Source: Malacoraja senta
Taxonomy: Eukaryota
Length of the DNA stretch: 64,000 nt
Assembly (NCBI GenBank): GCA_038087875.1
Contig: CM075990.1
Location: 1,552,001-1,616,000, forward strand
Direction: 5' to 3'
Under the pieces are notes generated by a model. It was given only the letters and a program-made list of their open reading frames with translations. It had not been told where the DNA came from and ran no database searches. Position numbers and translations under genes: made by a program. Below, piece after piece: positions 11,946 through 24,988 of the stretch (positions are counted from its first letter, which is position 1; the number at the start of each line of letters is the position of its first letter).

Positions 11946-12794
11946 AACTAGATGAAGTAATTGTGTGCGAAGTCCACTGTTGTGCTTCAATAAAACTCAC
12001 CGCGACGGACGTTCAGGTGCAAAGTTAGGAACGACTTCGACAAGGAGTGGGTAGATGATATATCAGAGCTATTATAAGGCAACTGATCCGTCCTCTCACC
12101 AGCTGTAGAGCGGTCCTGACCTTCCATCTACCTCATTGGAGACCTTCGATGTATCTTTAATCGGACTTTATTGGACGGTATCTACATTCAGTTTAACCAT
12201 TAAGTTATACGTTTAAGCCTGAAGAAGTCACGACCCGAAACGTCACCCATTTCTTCTCTCCAGAGATGCTGCCTGTCCCGCTGAGTTACTGTAGCATTCT
12301 GTGTCTCTCTTCGGTTCAAACCAGCATCTGCATTTCCTTCCTGTAGGTTACCTTTATCCTTTATCTGCACACTGTGGACAGCTTGATTACTATCATGTAA
12401 AGTCCTTTCTCTGACTGGTCAGCACGTAACACACAGTTTTTCATTGTATCTCGCTGCACGATGTAATGGTCAATTAATGTTAGCTAAATTAAACTGATAT
12501 ATACATATTGTTTGTGACCAAAGATAGGCACAAAATGCTGGAGTAACTCAGCAGGCAGGCCACATCTCTGGAGAGAAGGAATGGGTGACGATTCGGGTCG
12601 AGACCCTTCTTCAGATCTGCAGAACTTTCCTACATACATTGTTTGTAACCACGTTGCGCGGGGTAGTGATGGGCTAGAAAGGTGTCACAGGTGACATTCA
12701 ATGATTGCGCATACTTTCGACGGAAGATATTGGAGGGCCGAAATACCCCATCCGATCACTGTGCTTCTGCTCTGTTGTGACCTGGGATTTGAGT

Positions 12795-15440
12795 ATCAAG
12801 AAGTCAAGGCAAGAGAGTTTATTGTCATATGTCCCAGATAGGACAATGAAATTCTTGCTTTGCATCAGCACAACGGAATATAGTAGGCACGAATACAGAA
12901 CATATCGTATCAGTGAGTCAATATACCATTAAATAAATATATACAAACATCAATAAATAAGCAGATAAAGTGCAAATAAACAGATAATGGTCTATTAGTG
13001 TTCAGCGATTTGTTTCAGTTGAGTATAATAGCCAGATGGCTGTGGGGAAGTAGCTACTGCTGAACCTGGACGTTGCAGTCTTCGGGCTCCTGTACCTTCT
13101 ACCTGAAGGTAGCAGGGAGATGAGTGTGTGGCCAGGATGGTGTGGGTCCTTGATGATGCTGCCAGCCTTTTTGAGGCAGCGACTGCGATAGATCCCCTCG
13201 ATGGTAGGGAGGTCAGACCCGATGATGGACTCGGCAGTGTTTACTACTTGTTGTAGTCTTTTCCGCTCCTGGGCGCTCAAGTTGACGAACCAAGCCACGA
13301 TGCAAACGGTCAGCATGCTCTCTACTGTGCAGCTGTAGAAGTTAGAGAGCGTCCCCCTTGACATACCGACTCTCCGTAATCTTCTCAGGAAGTAGAGTCG
13401 CTGATGTGCTTTCTTAATAATTGCATCAGTGTTCTGCAGAAATATGCACGCCCAGGAATTTGAAGCTCTTGATGCTCTCCACCATCGACCCGTTGATATA
13501 AACGGGACAGTGGGTCCCCATCCTACCCCTACCAAAGTCCACAATCAGTTCCTTGGTTTTGCTGGTGTTGAGGGCCACGTTTTGGTGCTGGCACCATTTG
13601 GTCAGTCGGACGATCTCACTTCTATACTCTGACTCATACCCATCAATGATACGTCCCACAACAGTTGTGTCGTCAGCGAACTTGATGATGGAGTTCGCAC
13701 TATGACCGGCTATGCAGTCATAAGTATAGAGTGAGCACAGCAGGAGTCTGAGCACGCAGCCTTGAGGTGCTCCCGTGCTAATTGTTATCGAGGCTGACAC
13801 ATTTCCACCAATACGAACAGTCTGTGGTCTTTGAATGAGGAAGTCGACGATCCAATTGCAGAGGGATGCGCAGAGACCCAGATCTGAGAGCTTGCTAACC
13901 AGCTTGGATGGGATGATTGTATTAAATGCCGAGCTGTAATCAATGAATAACACCCTGACATATGAATTTTTGTTGTCCAAATGGTCCAGAGCGGAGTGGA
14001 GAGCCAGCGAGATCGCATCCACCATTGATCTGTTGTGGCGGTAGGCAAACTGCAATAGGTCCAGTTTTTTGTCGAGGTAGGAGTTGATTTGCGCCATAAT
14101 CAGCCTCTCAAAGCACTTCATCACCACCGACGTTAGTGCCACTGGTCGATAGTCGTTGAGGCACGTCACCTTGCTCTTCTTGGGCACCGATATAATTGAT
14201 ACCCTTCTAAAGCAGGTGGGAACCTCAGACCTCAGAAGTGAGAGGTTGAAAATGTTCGCAAAAACTCCAGCTAGTTGGCCCGCACAATTTTTTAGAACTC
14301 GACCTAGTATACCATCAGGCGCCTTTCGAGGGTTCACCCCTCTGAAGGATTTTCTGACGCCGGCCTCTGTGACTGAGACTGAAATACTATCGCAGCGGGG
14401 GCTCGAGAAGGCACATCAGCGTTCACCCTATCAAAGCGTATATAAAACGCATTGAGCTCGTCAGGGAGTGATGTTTCGCCAACATTCGAGCTGCCTCCTG
14501 ATTTCACCTTGTAGGAGGTGATTACATTGAGGCCTCGCCACAGCTGCCGAACATATGTCTCATCCTCCAGCTTGGAGCAGAAGTCCCTTCTGGCCCTTTT
14601 GATGGCCTCATGGTCGTATCTGGACTTCTTGTAGACCACTGTATCATCAGACATGAATGCCCAGTGCCTGGTCTTCAGAAGAGTGCGGATCTCAAAGTAC
14701 ATCCAAGGTTTCTGATTGGGCAACACTCGGAAGGTTTTTGTAGGGATGCATTCCTCCACACATTTCTTAATGAAGTCTCTGACGAGTGTGGCGTATTCGT
14801 TCATGTCCGTTGCCGAGTCCCTGAACATTGCCCAGTCTACAGATTCCAAACAGTCCTGGAGTTGTTCCTCTGCCCCCCCCCCCCATCACCAGCTCTGTAC
14901 AGTCCCCATCTCTGGGGGTGCGCCCTTTAATTGCTGCCTGTAGGCAGGAAGAAGCAGCACCGCGGTGTGGTCGGATTTGCTGAAGTGAGGGCGAGGGATA
15001 GAGCGATAGGCATCCTTAATGATGGTGTAGCAATGGTCGAGGGTGTTTGGTCCTCTGGTGCAGCAGGAGACATGTTGGTGAAAGTTAGGGAGTGATTTCT
15101 TCAGGTTGGCTTTCTTGAAGTCCCCAGCTATGGCGGTAAACGACTCGGGGTAAGACGTCTGGTGTTTGTTGACCACGGCGTGCAGCTCCCCCAGTGCCAT
15201 ATGGATGCCTGCCTGGGGTGGGATGTAGACCCCTGGCACTTCGCCGCCAGATGTTTTAGTTGTGGAGAGCAGGAGTTGGACAGGACTGCCACATCTGAGC
15301 ACAACGCAGAGTTGACCATGAGGCAGATGCCCCCACCTCTCCCTTTCCCAGATGCCTGCCTACGGTGGATGGAGAACCCTTCAAGCTGGACTGCTGAGTC
15401 TGGGGAGTGAGCCATGTCCCTGTGAAACAGAACACAGAAC
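12795..15440 (-). mobile_element. Rex1/Babar-clade LINE, 5'-truncated, with frameshifted APE-RT
   Basis: AGDFKKANL, TLDHCY and SDH (endonuclease); [38 protein letters not shown] and KFADD (RT); KKAHQRLYFLRRL; AATAAA plus a short-repeat tail near 12795-12823. Confidence 0.9.
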
Positions 15441-15749
15441 TCAGGTCCCGATCAGACCAATGGGAAACCCTCTTCTGCTCTGCCTCTGTCCCTGAAGTTA
15501 CAGGGCGTGTGGTTCAGTGACCTGACCAGTCTTCGTCGGCCAAGGACTGAGGTGGAAGATGGCGAGAATTCTCTGTTTCACTTGTCTGGTGAGATTTGTA
15601 TTCGGAAATGACAAAAATGTTCAACAGCGGGATTACCACATCTGATGAACACGGTGCGTTATATAAAATAGGGGCAGAATTATGTGAACGACTATGCCCG
15701 GATTCATGAGTTGGAAGTGAACTGAATTTCCTTCAGCAGTGGTAAAGTA

Positions 15750-15822
15750 GCCGAAATAGCTCAGTTGGGAGAGCGTTAGACTGAAGATCTAAAGGTCCCT
15801 GGTTCAATCCCGGGTTTCGGCA
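15750..15822 (+). tRNA. tRNA-Phe(GAA)
   Basis: GCCGAAATAGCTCAGTTGGGAGAGCGTTAGACTGAAGATCTAAAGGTCCCTGGTTCAATCCCGGGTTTCGGCA, 73 nt, canonical vertebrate sequence. Confidence 0.97.
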
Positions 15823-16181
15823 ATGGTATATAAGACTTTAAAATTTAAATCAGCGTTCATAGATGTATGATTTATTCCAACGCTTTTGTTCGTGACGCAG
15901 CCGTCAGTGCCGCTCAATCAAGGTTCAACGTTAACCTCCGGTGTTCTTTGGTGTCTTTCTGCCTGCATGTGACATTGAATTTCCAGCAGGTACCCCGGTT
16001 TCCACTCAAATACCACAGACATGCTGTCGGAAAATAAATTGGCCATGTAGCTCACCCTTCAGAACGGCACTGTTTCGTGCATGGTATACGGCGGGATATA
16101 GCTCAGCTACATAAATAGGAGAGGAATGGACGATAAAATTTAAACGGAGAAAGTGTGATATGTTGCGCTTGGTTGCTTTTG

Positions 16182-16354
16182 TGGGGGAGGGGTGGTGCGG
16201 GGTAGGGGGGGCGATGTGGGAGGGGGTGTGGGGGTGTAGGGGACGAGCGCGTGTGGGAGATGGGGGTGTGGATGACGGGGGGTGGGGGAGGGGTGGTAGG
16301 CAGAGCGGAGCTGTGTGGGGAGGGGTGGTGGGGGAGGGGGGTGTGGGGAGGGGG
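16182..16354 (+). repeat. G-run-rich low-complexity tract
   Basis: More than 15 runs of three or more G separated by short spacers. Confidence 0.8.
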
Positions 16355-17070
16355 AACCTTCGAAAATTTCGTTTCCAACAGTTTTTACATTACAAAAAAA
16401 CCCAAGACCCACACTTGACACAGTTTACATAAACATCCATCACTGTGAATCTCCAACACCTCCTCACTGTGATGGAAGGCAACGTCTTATCTCTTCCCTT
16501 TGTTCTTCTCCCGCGGTCCAGCTGTCCAACTGCAGCGTCGATGCGAACTGGGGCTCCGACGTTAAGCCCCCGGTAAGTCCTGTGGCCGTTTAAGCCGTGC
16601 CGGGCAATGTTAGGCCCCGGCTCCGTGTCCTTTAAACCCCGCGATTCCAGCGGGAGAAGTTGCCGTTGCGGAGCTCGGAAAAGCGGTCTCCCGCCAGGGA
16701 CCTGCGAGTTCCTGATGTTACTGTCCACCGGGCCTGCAGCAGAAGCCTCCGAAGCTCCAAACTCGGGTCGCAGCCCTGCGCCACCACAGCTCTTCCCGCT
16801 CCGAAGACGGCCAGTTCCGCAGGCTCCGCAACTGGAGCCCTCAGGTTAGACCCCGGCCGGAGGCCGCCGCCGGCTCCTCGATGTTAGGCCCAACGACATC
16901 CGAGACCCGACAGGGAAGAGTTTAAACGGGTTCCCCCACAGCCCCCCCCTCCACCCCCCACATATACACAGCTAAAAAAAGAATAAAAACTAGCTCAAGA
17001 CATACATTTAACAAGACAAAAATAAAAAAAGACAGACTGTAGTCGAACCGCTGCCGCTAGGTGCCGCCAC
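16355..17070 (-). mobile_element. Non-coding GC-rich retroelement-like insertion (copy B)
   Basis: GGCGGCACCTAG head, T/G-rich tract, GGCCTAACATC at 16880-16890 and GCCTTCCATCACAGTG at 16465-16480. Confidence 0.6.
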
Positions 17071-17192
17071 ACGCACAGATACGATAGTGGCATTTAAGAA
17101 TATTTCAAATTAGATTAGATTAAAGATGATAGACACAAAAAGTTGGAGTAACTCACCGGGACATGCAGCATCTCTGGAGAGAAGAAATGAGT

Positions 17193-17220
17193 GACGTTTC
17201 GGATTGACACCCTTCTTCAG
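17193..17220 (-). ncRNA. Minimal type I hammerhead ribozyme motif in a Penelope pseudo-LTR
   Basis: CTGAAGA-A-GGGT-GTCA-ATCC-GAAAC-GTC: core boxes intact, stem II present, ACGT palindrome and GUC triplet. Stem I is weak. Confidence 0.55.
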
Positions 17221-17362
17221 AGTAGTTTAGATTAATTTGGCATTATGTTAGACACTGATTTTGTGGGCTGAAGGGCCTGTTTCTGAGCTGATGTACTGTA
17301 TGTATTATGTTAATTCGGAATGTTCAATAAACCGATCAATTCAGCAAAAACATATTTGTTGC

Positions 17363-20300
17363 TGTAGTAGCGGCACCTGCTGGTGCCGGATGGTAATCGA
17401 GCCCTGCGGTTGGGTTCCTCGTACATGTGATTCTGGGAAAGCGTAGTGTTTCGCGCGTTTTTAGGGCGTCAGCCCTTCAGTCGTTCTGGACCACCGTTGT
17501 GGCTGTGTATTGGCTGTGTTGAGTTGTTCCGTTGATTGCATTATTGTATTAATAAAACTGTTTTGGAAAATCAACTCTTGTCTCATCCGCCAAATTGGTG
17601 ACCCCGACGTGTCCAACCGAAGATTGGACGACACAATACAGGACAACTAACTTCCCGCCGCCGCTCCAGACGCCCATCAAAACGCCGTCTGCCTGAAAGT
17701 GCCCGTGTTTTGGCCTGATCTACCTCAGGTGTTGTTTTGCACATGTTGAGGCGCAGTTTCTTCTGCACCACATCGTTGATGGGAGCCCTGCCGCAGGAGT
17801 CCGCCTCCAGTCTACTGCCATATGTGCGGGACCCTCCCGCAGCCACTAACTATGACGGCCTCAAGGCCCTCCTTTTGCACACCTTTGGACTCAGCCGCCG
17901 GGACCGTGCTGCCCGCATCCTTCACATGGACGATTTGGGAGATCGCCAGCCATCCATACTCATGGCCAAGATGCTCGTGCTCATGGACGGCCACCGCCCA
18001 TGACTGTAGTTCGAACAGGCATTCCTGATGCTCGCCGGGTACGGATTTCACCGATCCCCTGCAACTCGCGGAGTGGGCCGACGAACTATGGATGACCAGA
18101 CATCAAGATATCTGCGCCATCAGCTCTGTGCTAGCACCAGCGTGCCTTTCGCCTTGGCGGCTCCGTGAGGAAGGCACGCCCTCGTCTCCNNNNNNNNNNN
18201 NNNNNNNNNNNNNNNNNNNNNNNNNNNNNNNNNNNNNNNNNNNNNNNNNNNNNNNNNNNNNNNNNNNNNNNNNNNNNNNNNNNNNNNNNNNNNNNNNNNN
18301 NNNNNNNNNNNNNNNNNNNNNNNNNNNNNNNNNNNNNNNNNNNNNNNNNNNNNNNNNNNNNNNNNNNNNNNNNNNNNNNNNNNNNNNNNAGCCCCCCCCT
18401 GGAGCCCCAGCTGTGCATGCCCGGGCGCGCCGCCTCCCGCCAGACAAGCTGCGCATCGCCCGCGATGAATTCCAACTGATGGAGGACATGGGCAATGACC
18501 GGCGGTCTGATAGCCCGTGGCCTCCTCGCTACATAGGGTCCCAAAAGCATCCGTGGGGTGGAGACCGTGTATTGATTACAGGCGCCTTAACCTGGTAACC
18601 ACGGCAGACCGTTGCTCTGTGCCTCATGTCCAGGATTTCTCCGCGCACCTCGAGAGCGCCGCGTTCTTCTCTAAGGTTGACCTCGTCCGGGGTTACAACC
18701 AAATCCCAGTCCACCACGATGACGTTCCGAAAACCTCCACTATCATCCCATTCGGCCTGTTCGAGTGGCTTCGGATGCCTTTCGGCAGGCGTTCCAGTGG
18801 CTCATGGACGAGGTCGGTCAAGGCCTGCCTTTTGTTTTCATTTATTTGGATGACATTCTTGTCGCCAGCGTTTCCCAGATGGAGCACGTCACCCACATCT
18901 TTATTTCGGCGCCTCCGCGAACACAGCCTGGTAATTTACCCCGCGAAGTGCCAGTTTGGCGTGCATTCCATTTCATTCCTGGGACACCGCGTTACCCCAC
19001 AGGGTGCTACCCTGCTCCCTGCGAAAGTTGAGGCCATCCGGCAGTTTCCCCCGCCGCTCACCGTCAAGGGGCTACAGGAGTTTGCCGCCATGCTGAATTT
19101 GGATGGATGCTGCCGTCATGCGCCCCGTTTTCCGGTGCCTGGCGGCAAACCGCGGGATCTGGCGTGGTCCGCGGAGGCAGACACGGCGTTTGAGGGTGCT
19201 AAGGAAGCCATGGCCTACGCCGCTATGCTGGTGCACCCGCGCGGCCGCTCCCACAGCGCTCACCGTCGATGCCTCGGATGCTGCCGTGGGTGCAGTTTTG
19301 CTGCAGTCTGTTGACGGCCGTTGGCGTTTTCAGCTCGCAGCTGCGGGCCCCTGAGTGCAAATACAGCGCTTTTGATCGCGAGCTCCTAGCGCTCTACCTG
19401 GCCGTCAGGCATTTCAGGTATTTCCTCGAGGACTGCGTGTTCACCGTGTTCACGAACCACAAACACCTTACTTTCGCCCTCAATAAGATCGCGGATCCAT
19501 GGTCTGCCCGACAGCAGCGACACCTTGCCTACGTCTCAGAATTCACGACTGATATCCGGCACGTAGCTGAGAAGCTTAACGTCGTCGCCGACGCCTTGTC
19601 CCAGCCCCGCCATTCCCTCTGTATTTGCCGTCGACTACGGCGAGGTGGCAGCAGCGCAGGGATGGATACCAGTGTGGCAGACTATCGCACTGCCAGCACT
19701 GGCCTTTGGCTAGCCGATGTTCCTTGCGGCACAGCCAGTACCAAGATCCTGTGCAACGTCTCCACTGGTCGCGCCCTTCCGGTCATCCCCATTAGTTGGA
19801 GACGGCGAGTTTTCGATGCAGTCCGTGGCCTGGCCCACCCGTCCATACGCACGACGTCCACCCTGTTGGCAGCCAAGTTTGTCTGGCACGGACTCCGTAA
19901 GCAGGTAGCTTCCTGGGCCAGCGCCTGCATCCCGTGCCAGACCTCCAAGGTCCAGTGAGACGTACGGCCTCCGGTGCAGGATTTTGCCGACCCCGAAGGC
20001 AGGTTCCTGCACGTGCACGTGCACCTCGTAGGTTCCTTGCCGCAGTCCCGAGGTGCCACGCACTGCTCACCATCGTGGACCATTTCACGCGGTGGCCAGA
20101 GGCGATGCCACTTACGGATACCTCCACCGAGGCTTGCGCGGGCTTTGGCGGCCCACTGAATCGCCGGGTTCGGGGCGCCCTCTGACATCACCACGGATCG
20201 GGGTGCCCAGTTCACCTTTCCTTGTGGTCAGCCCTAGCACAGCTCTACGCCGCCCAGTTACACTATACAACCGCCTATCACCCGCAGGCTAATGGGCTGG

Positions 20301-20390
20301 TCGAAAGGTTCCATCGACACCTTAAGTCGGCGCTGAAGGCCCGGCTTACGGGTCCGGACTGGGTGGACCGGCTGCCCTGGGTCCTCCAGT
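17363..20390 (+). mobile_element. Gypsy LTR retrotransposon, decayed and 3'-truncated
   Basis: LTR TG..CA at 17363-17592. PBS TGGTGACCCCGACGTG (17596-17611) is complementary to the tRNA-Trp 3' end. Contains gag, RT (WRPCIDYRRLN, IYLDD), RNase H (YSAFDRELLA, VADALS) and integrase (HHCC, HPQANGLVERFH). Confidence 0.93.
18190..18389. other. Assembly gap (200 N)
   Basis: Run of N. Confidence 1.
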
Positions 20391-20391
20391 T

Positions 20392-22359
20392 GTGGGAATT
20401 ACTGAGACATGGCTGCAAGACGGCCAGGGCTAGGAACTGAATATTCAAGGGTATACCACCTATCGAAAAGACAGAAGACGGGCAGAGGGGGTGTGGTTGC
20501 CGTGTTGGTGAGCAATGAAATTCAGTTCCTTGTAAGGGGTGACATTGAAACAGGAGATGTGGAGTCAGTATGATAGAACTAAGGAATTGTAAGGGTAAAA
20601 AGACCCAAATGGGACTAATCTACAGGCCCCCAAATAGTAGCCTGGACATAGGGCGCAAGTTGAATCAGGAGTTAGAATTGGCATGTAGCAAAAGTAATGC
20701 TGTGGTTGTTATGGGAGATTTCAACATGCAGGTAGCTGGGAAAATCAGGTTGGTACTGGACCCCAAGAAAGGGACTTTGTAGAGTGCCTTCGTGATGGAT
20801 TCTTAGAACAGCTTGAATTGGAGCCTACGAGGGGGAAGGCAATTCCAGATATAGTGTTGTGTAATGAACAGGATTTGATAAAGGACCTCGAGGTTAATGA
20901 GCCATTAGGAGGCAGTCACCATAACATGGTAAGGTTTAATCTACAATTGGAGAGGGAGAAGGGTGTCAGTTTTGCAGTTGAATAAAGGGGACTATGGGGC
21001 AATGAGGGAGAAGCTGGTCAAAATTGACTGGAACGATACACTAGCAGGGATGAGAGTGGAACAAAAACGGCAGGTGCTTCGTGGAATAATACAGAAGATG
21101 CAGGATCATTCCTCGGAGGTAGAAAGATTCCAAGGGGAGAAAGGGACGACCATGGCTGGCAAGGGACGTCAGGGACAGTATAAAAATTAAAGCGAAGAAG
21201 TACAACGTAGCAAAGATGAGCGGGAAGCAAGAGGATTGGGTAATGTTTAAAGAACAACAGAAGATAACCAAAAGACAATACGGGGAGAAAAGATGAGGTA
21301 CGAAGATAAGCTAGCCAAGAATATAAAGCAGGGTAGTAAAAGCTTCTGTAGGTATGTGAAGAGGAAAAAAATAGTTAAGAACAAAGTAGGGCCATTGAAG
21401 ACCGAAAAAGGTTAATTTATTATGGGGAACAAGAAAATGGCAGATGAGTTGAACAGGTGATTTGGATCTGTCTTCACTAATGAGGACACAAACAATCTTC
21501 CTGATTTAGTAGTGGCCAGAGGATCTGGGGTGGCGGAAGAACTGAAGGAAATCCACATTAAGCAGGAAATTGTGTTGGATAGACTGATGGGACTGAAGGC
21601 TGATAAATCCCCAGGGCCTGATGGTCTGCATCCCAGGGTACTTAAGGAAGTGGCTCTAGAAGTCGTGGATGCATTGGTGATAATTTTCCAATGTTCTATA
21701 GACTCAGGATCAGTTCCTGTGGATTGGGGGGTAGCTAATGTTATCCCACTTTTTAAGAAAGGCGGGAGAGAGAAAAGAGGGAATTATAGACCAGTTAGCC
21801 TGACATCGGTGGTGGGGAAGATGCTGGAGTCAATTATAAAAGATGAGATAGCCGAACATTTGGATAGCAGTAATAGGATCGGTCCGAGTCAGCATGGATG
21901 TACGAAGGGGAAATCATGCTTGACTAATCTTCCGGAATTTTTTGTAAATAGGAAAATGGACAAGGGAGAGCAAGTAGATGTCGTGTACCTGGACTTTCAG
22001 AAAGCATTGAATAAGGTCCCACATAGGAGTTAGTGGGCAAAATTAGGGCACATGGTACTGGGTGTAGTGCTGACATGGATAGAGAAGTGGTTGGCAGACA
22101 GGAAACAAAGAGTATGGATTAACGGGTCCCTTTTAGAGTGGCAGACAGTGACTAGTGGGGTACCGCAAGGCTCGGTGCTGGGACCGCAGCTATTTACAAT
22201 ATACATCAATGATTTGGATGAAGGGATCCGAAGTAACATTAGCAAATTTGCAGATGACCCAAAGCTGGGTGGCAGTGTGAACTGTGAGGAGGATGCTATG
22301 GGAATGCAGGGTGGCTTGGACAGGTTGGGGAGTGGGCAGATGCATGGCAGATGAAGCTT
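20392..22359 (+). mobile_element. CR1/HER1-type LINE fragment (APE-RT)
   Basis: [46 protein letters not shown] and KFADD. Interrupted by the DIRS element at 22360. Confidence 0.92.
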
Positions 22360-22969
22360 AATAGAGAGATTAAACGAGAATTTACCAGTTTGAAGTTTGA
22401 TCTTTATTTTATGAGAAGTTGCGATGAGGGATTACGTGAAGAAGCCCGCCAGACCGCATGCGCGTGAATCTTCAAAGTAGCTGTATGAACCCACAGAATA
22501 GTTGCTGACCTAAACTTATAGCGAGATTAAAGACTCGAACTACCGAATGATCTTTATGAGAGTAGGGTTGGGAGTGGAGGGCACGCAACTTCGCATAAAA
22601 TAAAGATCAAACTTCAAACTGGTAAGTTCTCGTTTAATCTCTCTAGTTTATTTCGAAGTCACGTGAGTGACTACGTGAAGATTTCTAAGCTCTGTGGTTT
22701 CATACTGTGACAATCTGTGTGTGAAAACACTAAAACAGATAAACCATTAATGGCAGGAAAACATGAGGTATTGACATCACGATGCTAACTTGCATACATG
22801 GCCATTGCTCTAAACTGGCCTGTAGTCCCAATAGACTGTTGAGTTAGACAATAACTTATGCAACAAGTGTTAAAGAAGGAACTGGTGACGCTGGAAAATC
22901 GAAGGTACACAAAAATGCTGGAGAAACTCAGCGGGTGCAGCAGCATCTATGGAGCGAAGGAAATAGCCA

Positions 22970-22997
22970 ACGTTTCGGGCCGAAACCCTTCTTCAGA
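22970..22997 (-). ncRNA. Minimal hammerhead ribozyme motif in a Penelope pseudo-LTR
   Basis: CTGAAGA-A-GGGT-TTCG-GCCC-GAAAC-GTT, with a UUCG-capped stem II and an AACGTT palindrome. Confidence 0.55.
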
Positions 22998-24988
22998 CTG
23001 ATGCAACAATGCAACTTATGCAACAATGTGCATAATTCTATCTGGTAACATCCAGACATATTCCACTAAATTTATAATTTATTAAACTGCATTATGTAAC
23101 CTCATGCTGTGTGATGAAAAGGAAACCATTCTATTGGCTGCTAATGAGCCATCAGCAATATCTTTAGAGTATTGAAAGAAAAAAACTATCATTCATATCA
23201 TAGGCACTAGCAACTCAGTGCACTTGTATGCCTAATGGCATCCCTGATCTCATGTGGTGGGTATGCTGTCAACCTCAAATGCACACAATCCTGCTCATTT
23301 GCTTATGAGATTATTTCTGTAACAAGCTACCCTAATGTCAGTATGACGTGGGGACTAAGCCAGAGATTGAGCAAGGATGTGTTCTTGATGCTGAGATCAG
23401 CTGCCGAAAGCATAATTATCTTAAGATACTGGTCCCATTAGGAAAAATTTGGAGGCATATTTGCATAACAATTTATAACTGATATGCATCGCACATTACA
23501 ATGAGTGTGGGCTATTAGAGTGGTTAATGAAAGACACCCTGCATAACGTTGTAGAATAGTGGGTGAAGAACTAATCATTTCTGTCCTACTTATGGTATTA
23601 CCGAAATGATAAAGCAGCACAAGCAATGTCAATTGTGCTGTCCCATAAAGTTTCTCTAGGTTCAAACTGGAAGCCACACAAACCTCTGTTACTTCCGTAT
23701 AGAATTGACTCACATATGTTGTTCACAAGCTTCTCATACAATCGTGAAGAGCTAGCTGGACGAGAAGACAGGCTGTCCCATCCGTCACATGTGAAAGAGT
23801 AAATAAGAGTTGCTTCAGCCGTCTACCATGGCGTGACTGAATAAGCAAACTGATACTGTTAAATTTCATGTTGCCTTAAATGTAATATAGCCAAAATATC
23901 TACTGACAACGCATAAGATATATCTTTTGCAATTTTGCATAATATCCAAACTCGGAGACATAATACCATTAATCTGAGAAGGGCAGCATAGGCTTTCACC
24001 ATTACTTTGTTATAAAACAGCAGAAACTAAATGCAACTACAAGATTGATTCTCTGAGTTAGTTAAATTGCAGACACCCAATCATCCATCTTAAACTGGGT
24101 AAGTGAACCCACAATTTGATTAACCTAATGCTAACCCAATTAGGCCTGCACCATATTTCTGTAAACTCGAGAAAGTACCCCTCTAGTCCTTGGTCAGACC
24201 ACACATCCTTGGATGAGTTGTCGCTGAATGTACTTGGAACCGTTGATCCTCCGTAGATCCTACGGACGGAATTTTGTGGGCACCCCCACCCGCGGAAGAT
24301 GCATATCTAGCTATTCATACATATCGCTGATAGTATATAATCAGCAGCTAATGACTAGAGCTGAACCACAGTTTCCCTTAGATGTGAGAAACTAGTTGCC
24401 TGTCAACTCTTGACTAAGAGCCACGATGAATACGTAGGGTTTCCCTTCAGAGTGGAGATCGGTATAAGGCAAAGCTGAATCAAGTATCACCTCGCAGACC
24501 TTTGACTGCGACCACATGTCTAAACCTCCAGAGTGCATAACACAATCTGTTCGACGCACCACTCAATCAGGAATACTGGTATTGAGAGCCTATGGTTTAT
24601 TATGAATACATTGTTGATTCACAACATGAACCTGCAGGTCTGATAAAGTTCTGATATATGCCAGACGAGCTTCCTGCTGGTTACTACCTGTCCCAGAGAA
24701 AATGGCAATGACGATCAGTCTGATGACCTCTCATAGATGATGAAGCAGTGCTTCTCTGGTCACTATGACTCGTATAGCCAGCCAGTTTCACGATGGTCTA
24801 CCCTGATCCAGGGTAACCAAACTGTTCCTACTTGGAACTTACAGAGGTTACTGTGTAAGGCACTTTGCCAATGTCTCTACATCAAACTGATCTTATCCCA
24901 GAGACAGTAAAACGACTAGACAACCCGTGCTGGTCGACAAGCTGCTCCATTTTGGAGTTTACGAAGGTTAATAATGAGACCTTCAATG

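Noticed and set aside
15890..16050. Possible additional tRNA gene downstream of tRNA-Phe
   Set aside because: It looks like a decayed SINE remnant (ccggtttcc..cagacatgc core) and no cloverleaf can be formed.
18092..18598. ORFs containing poly-X (also 53638-54165)
   Set aside because: Artefacts of translating through the N gaps.
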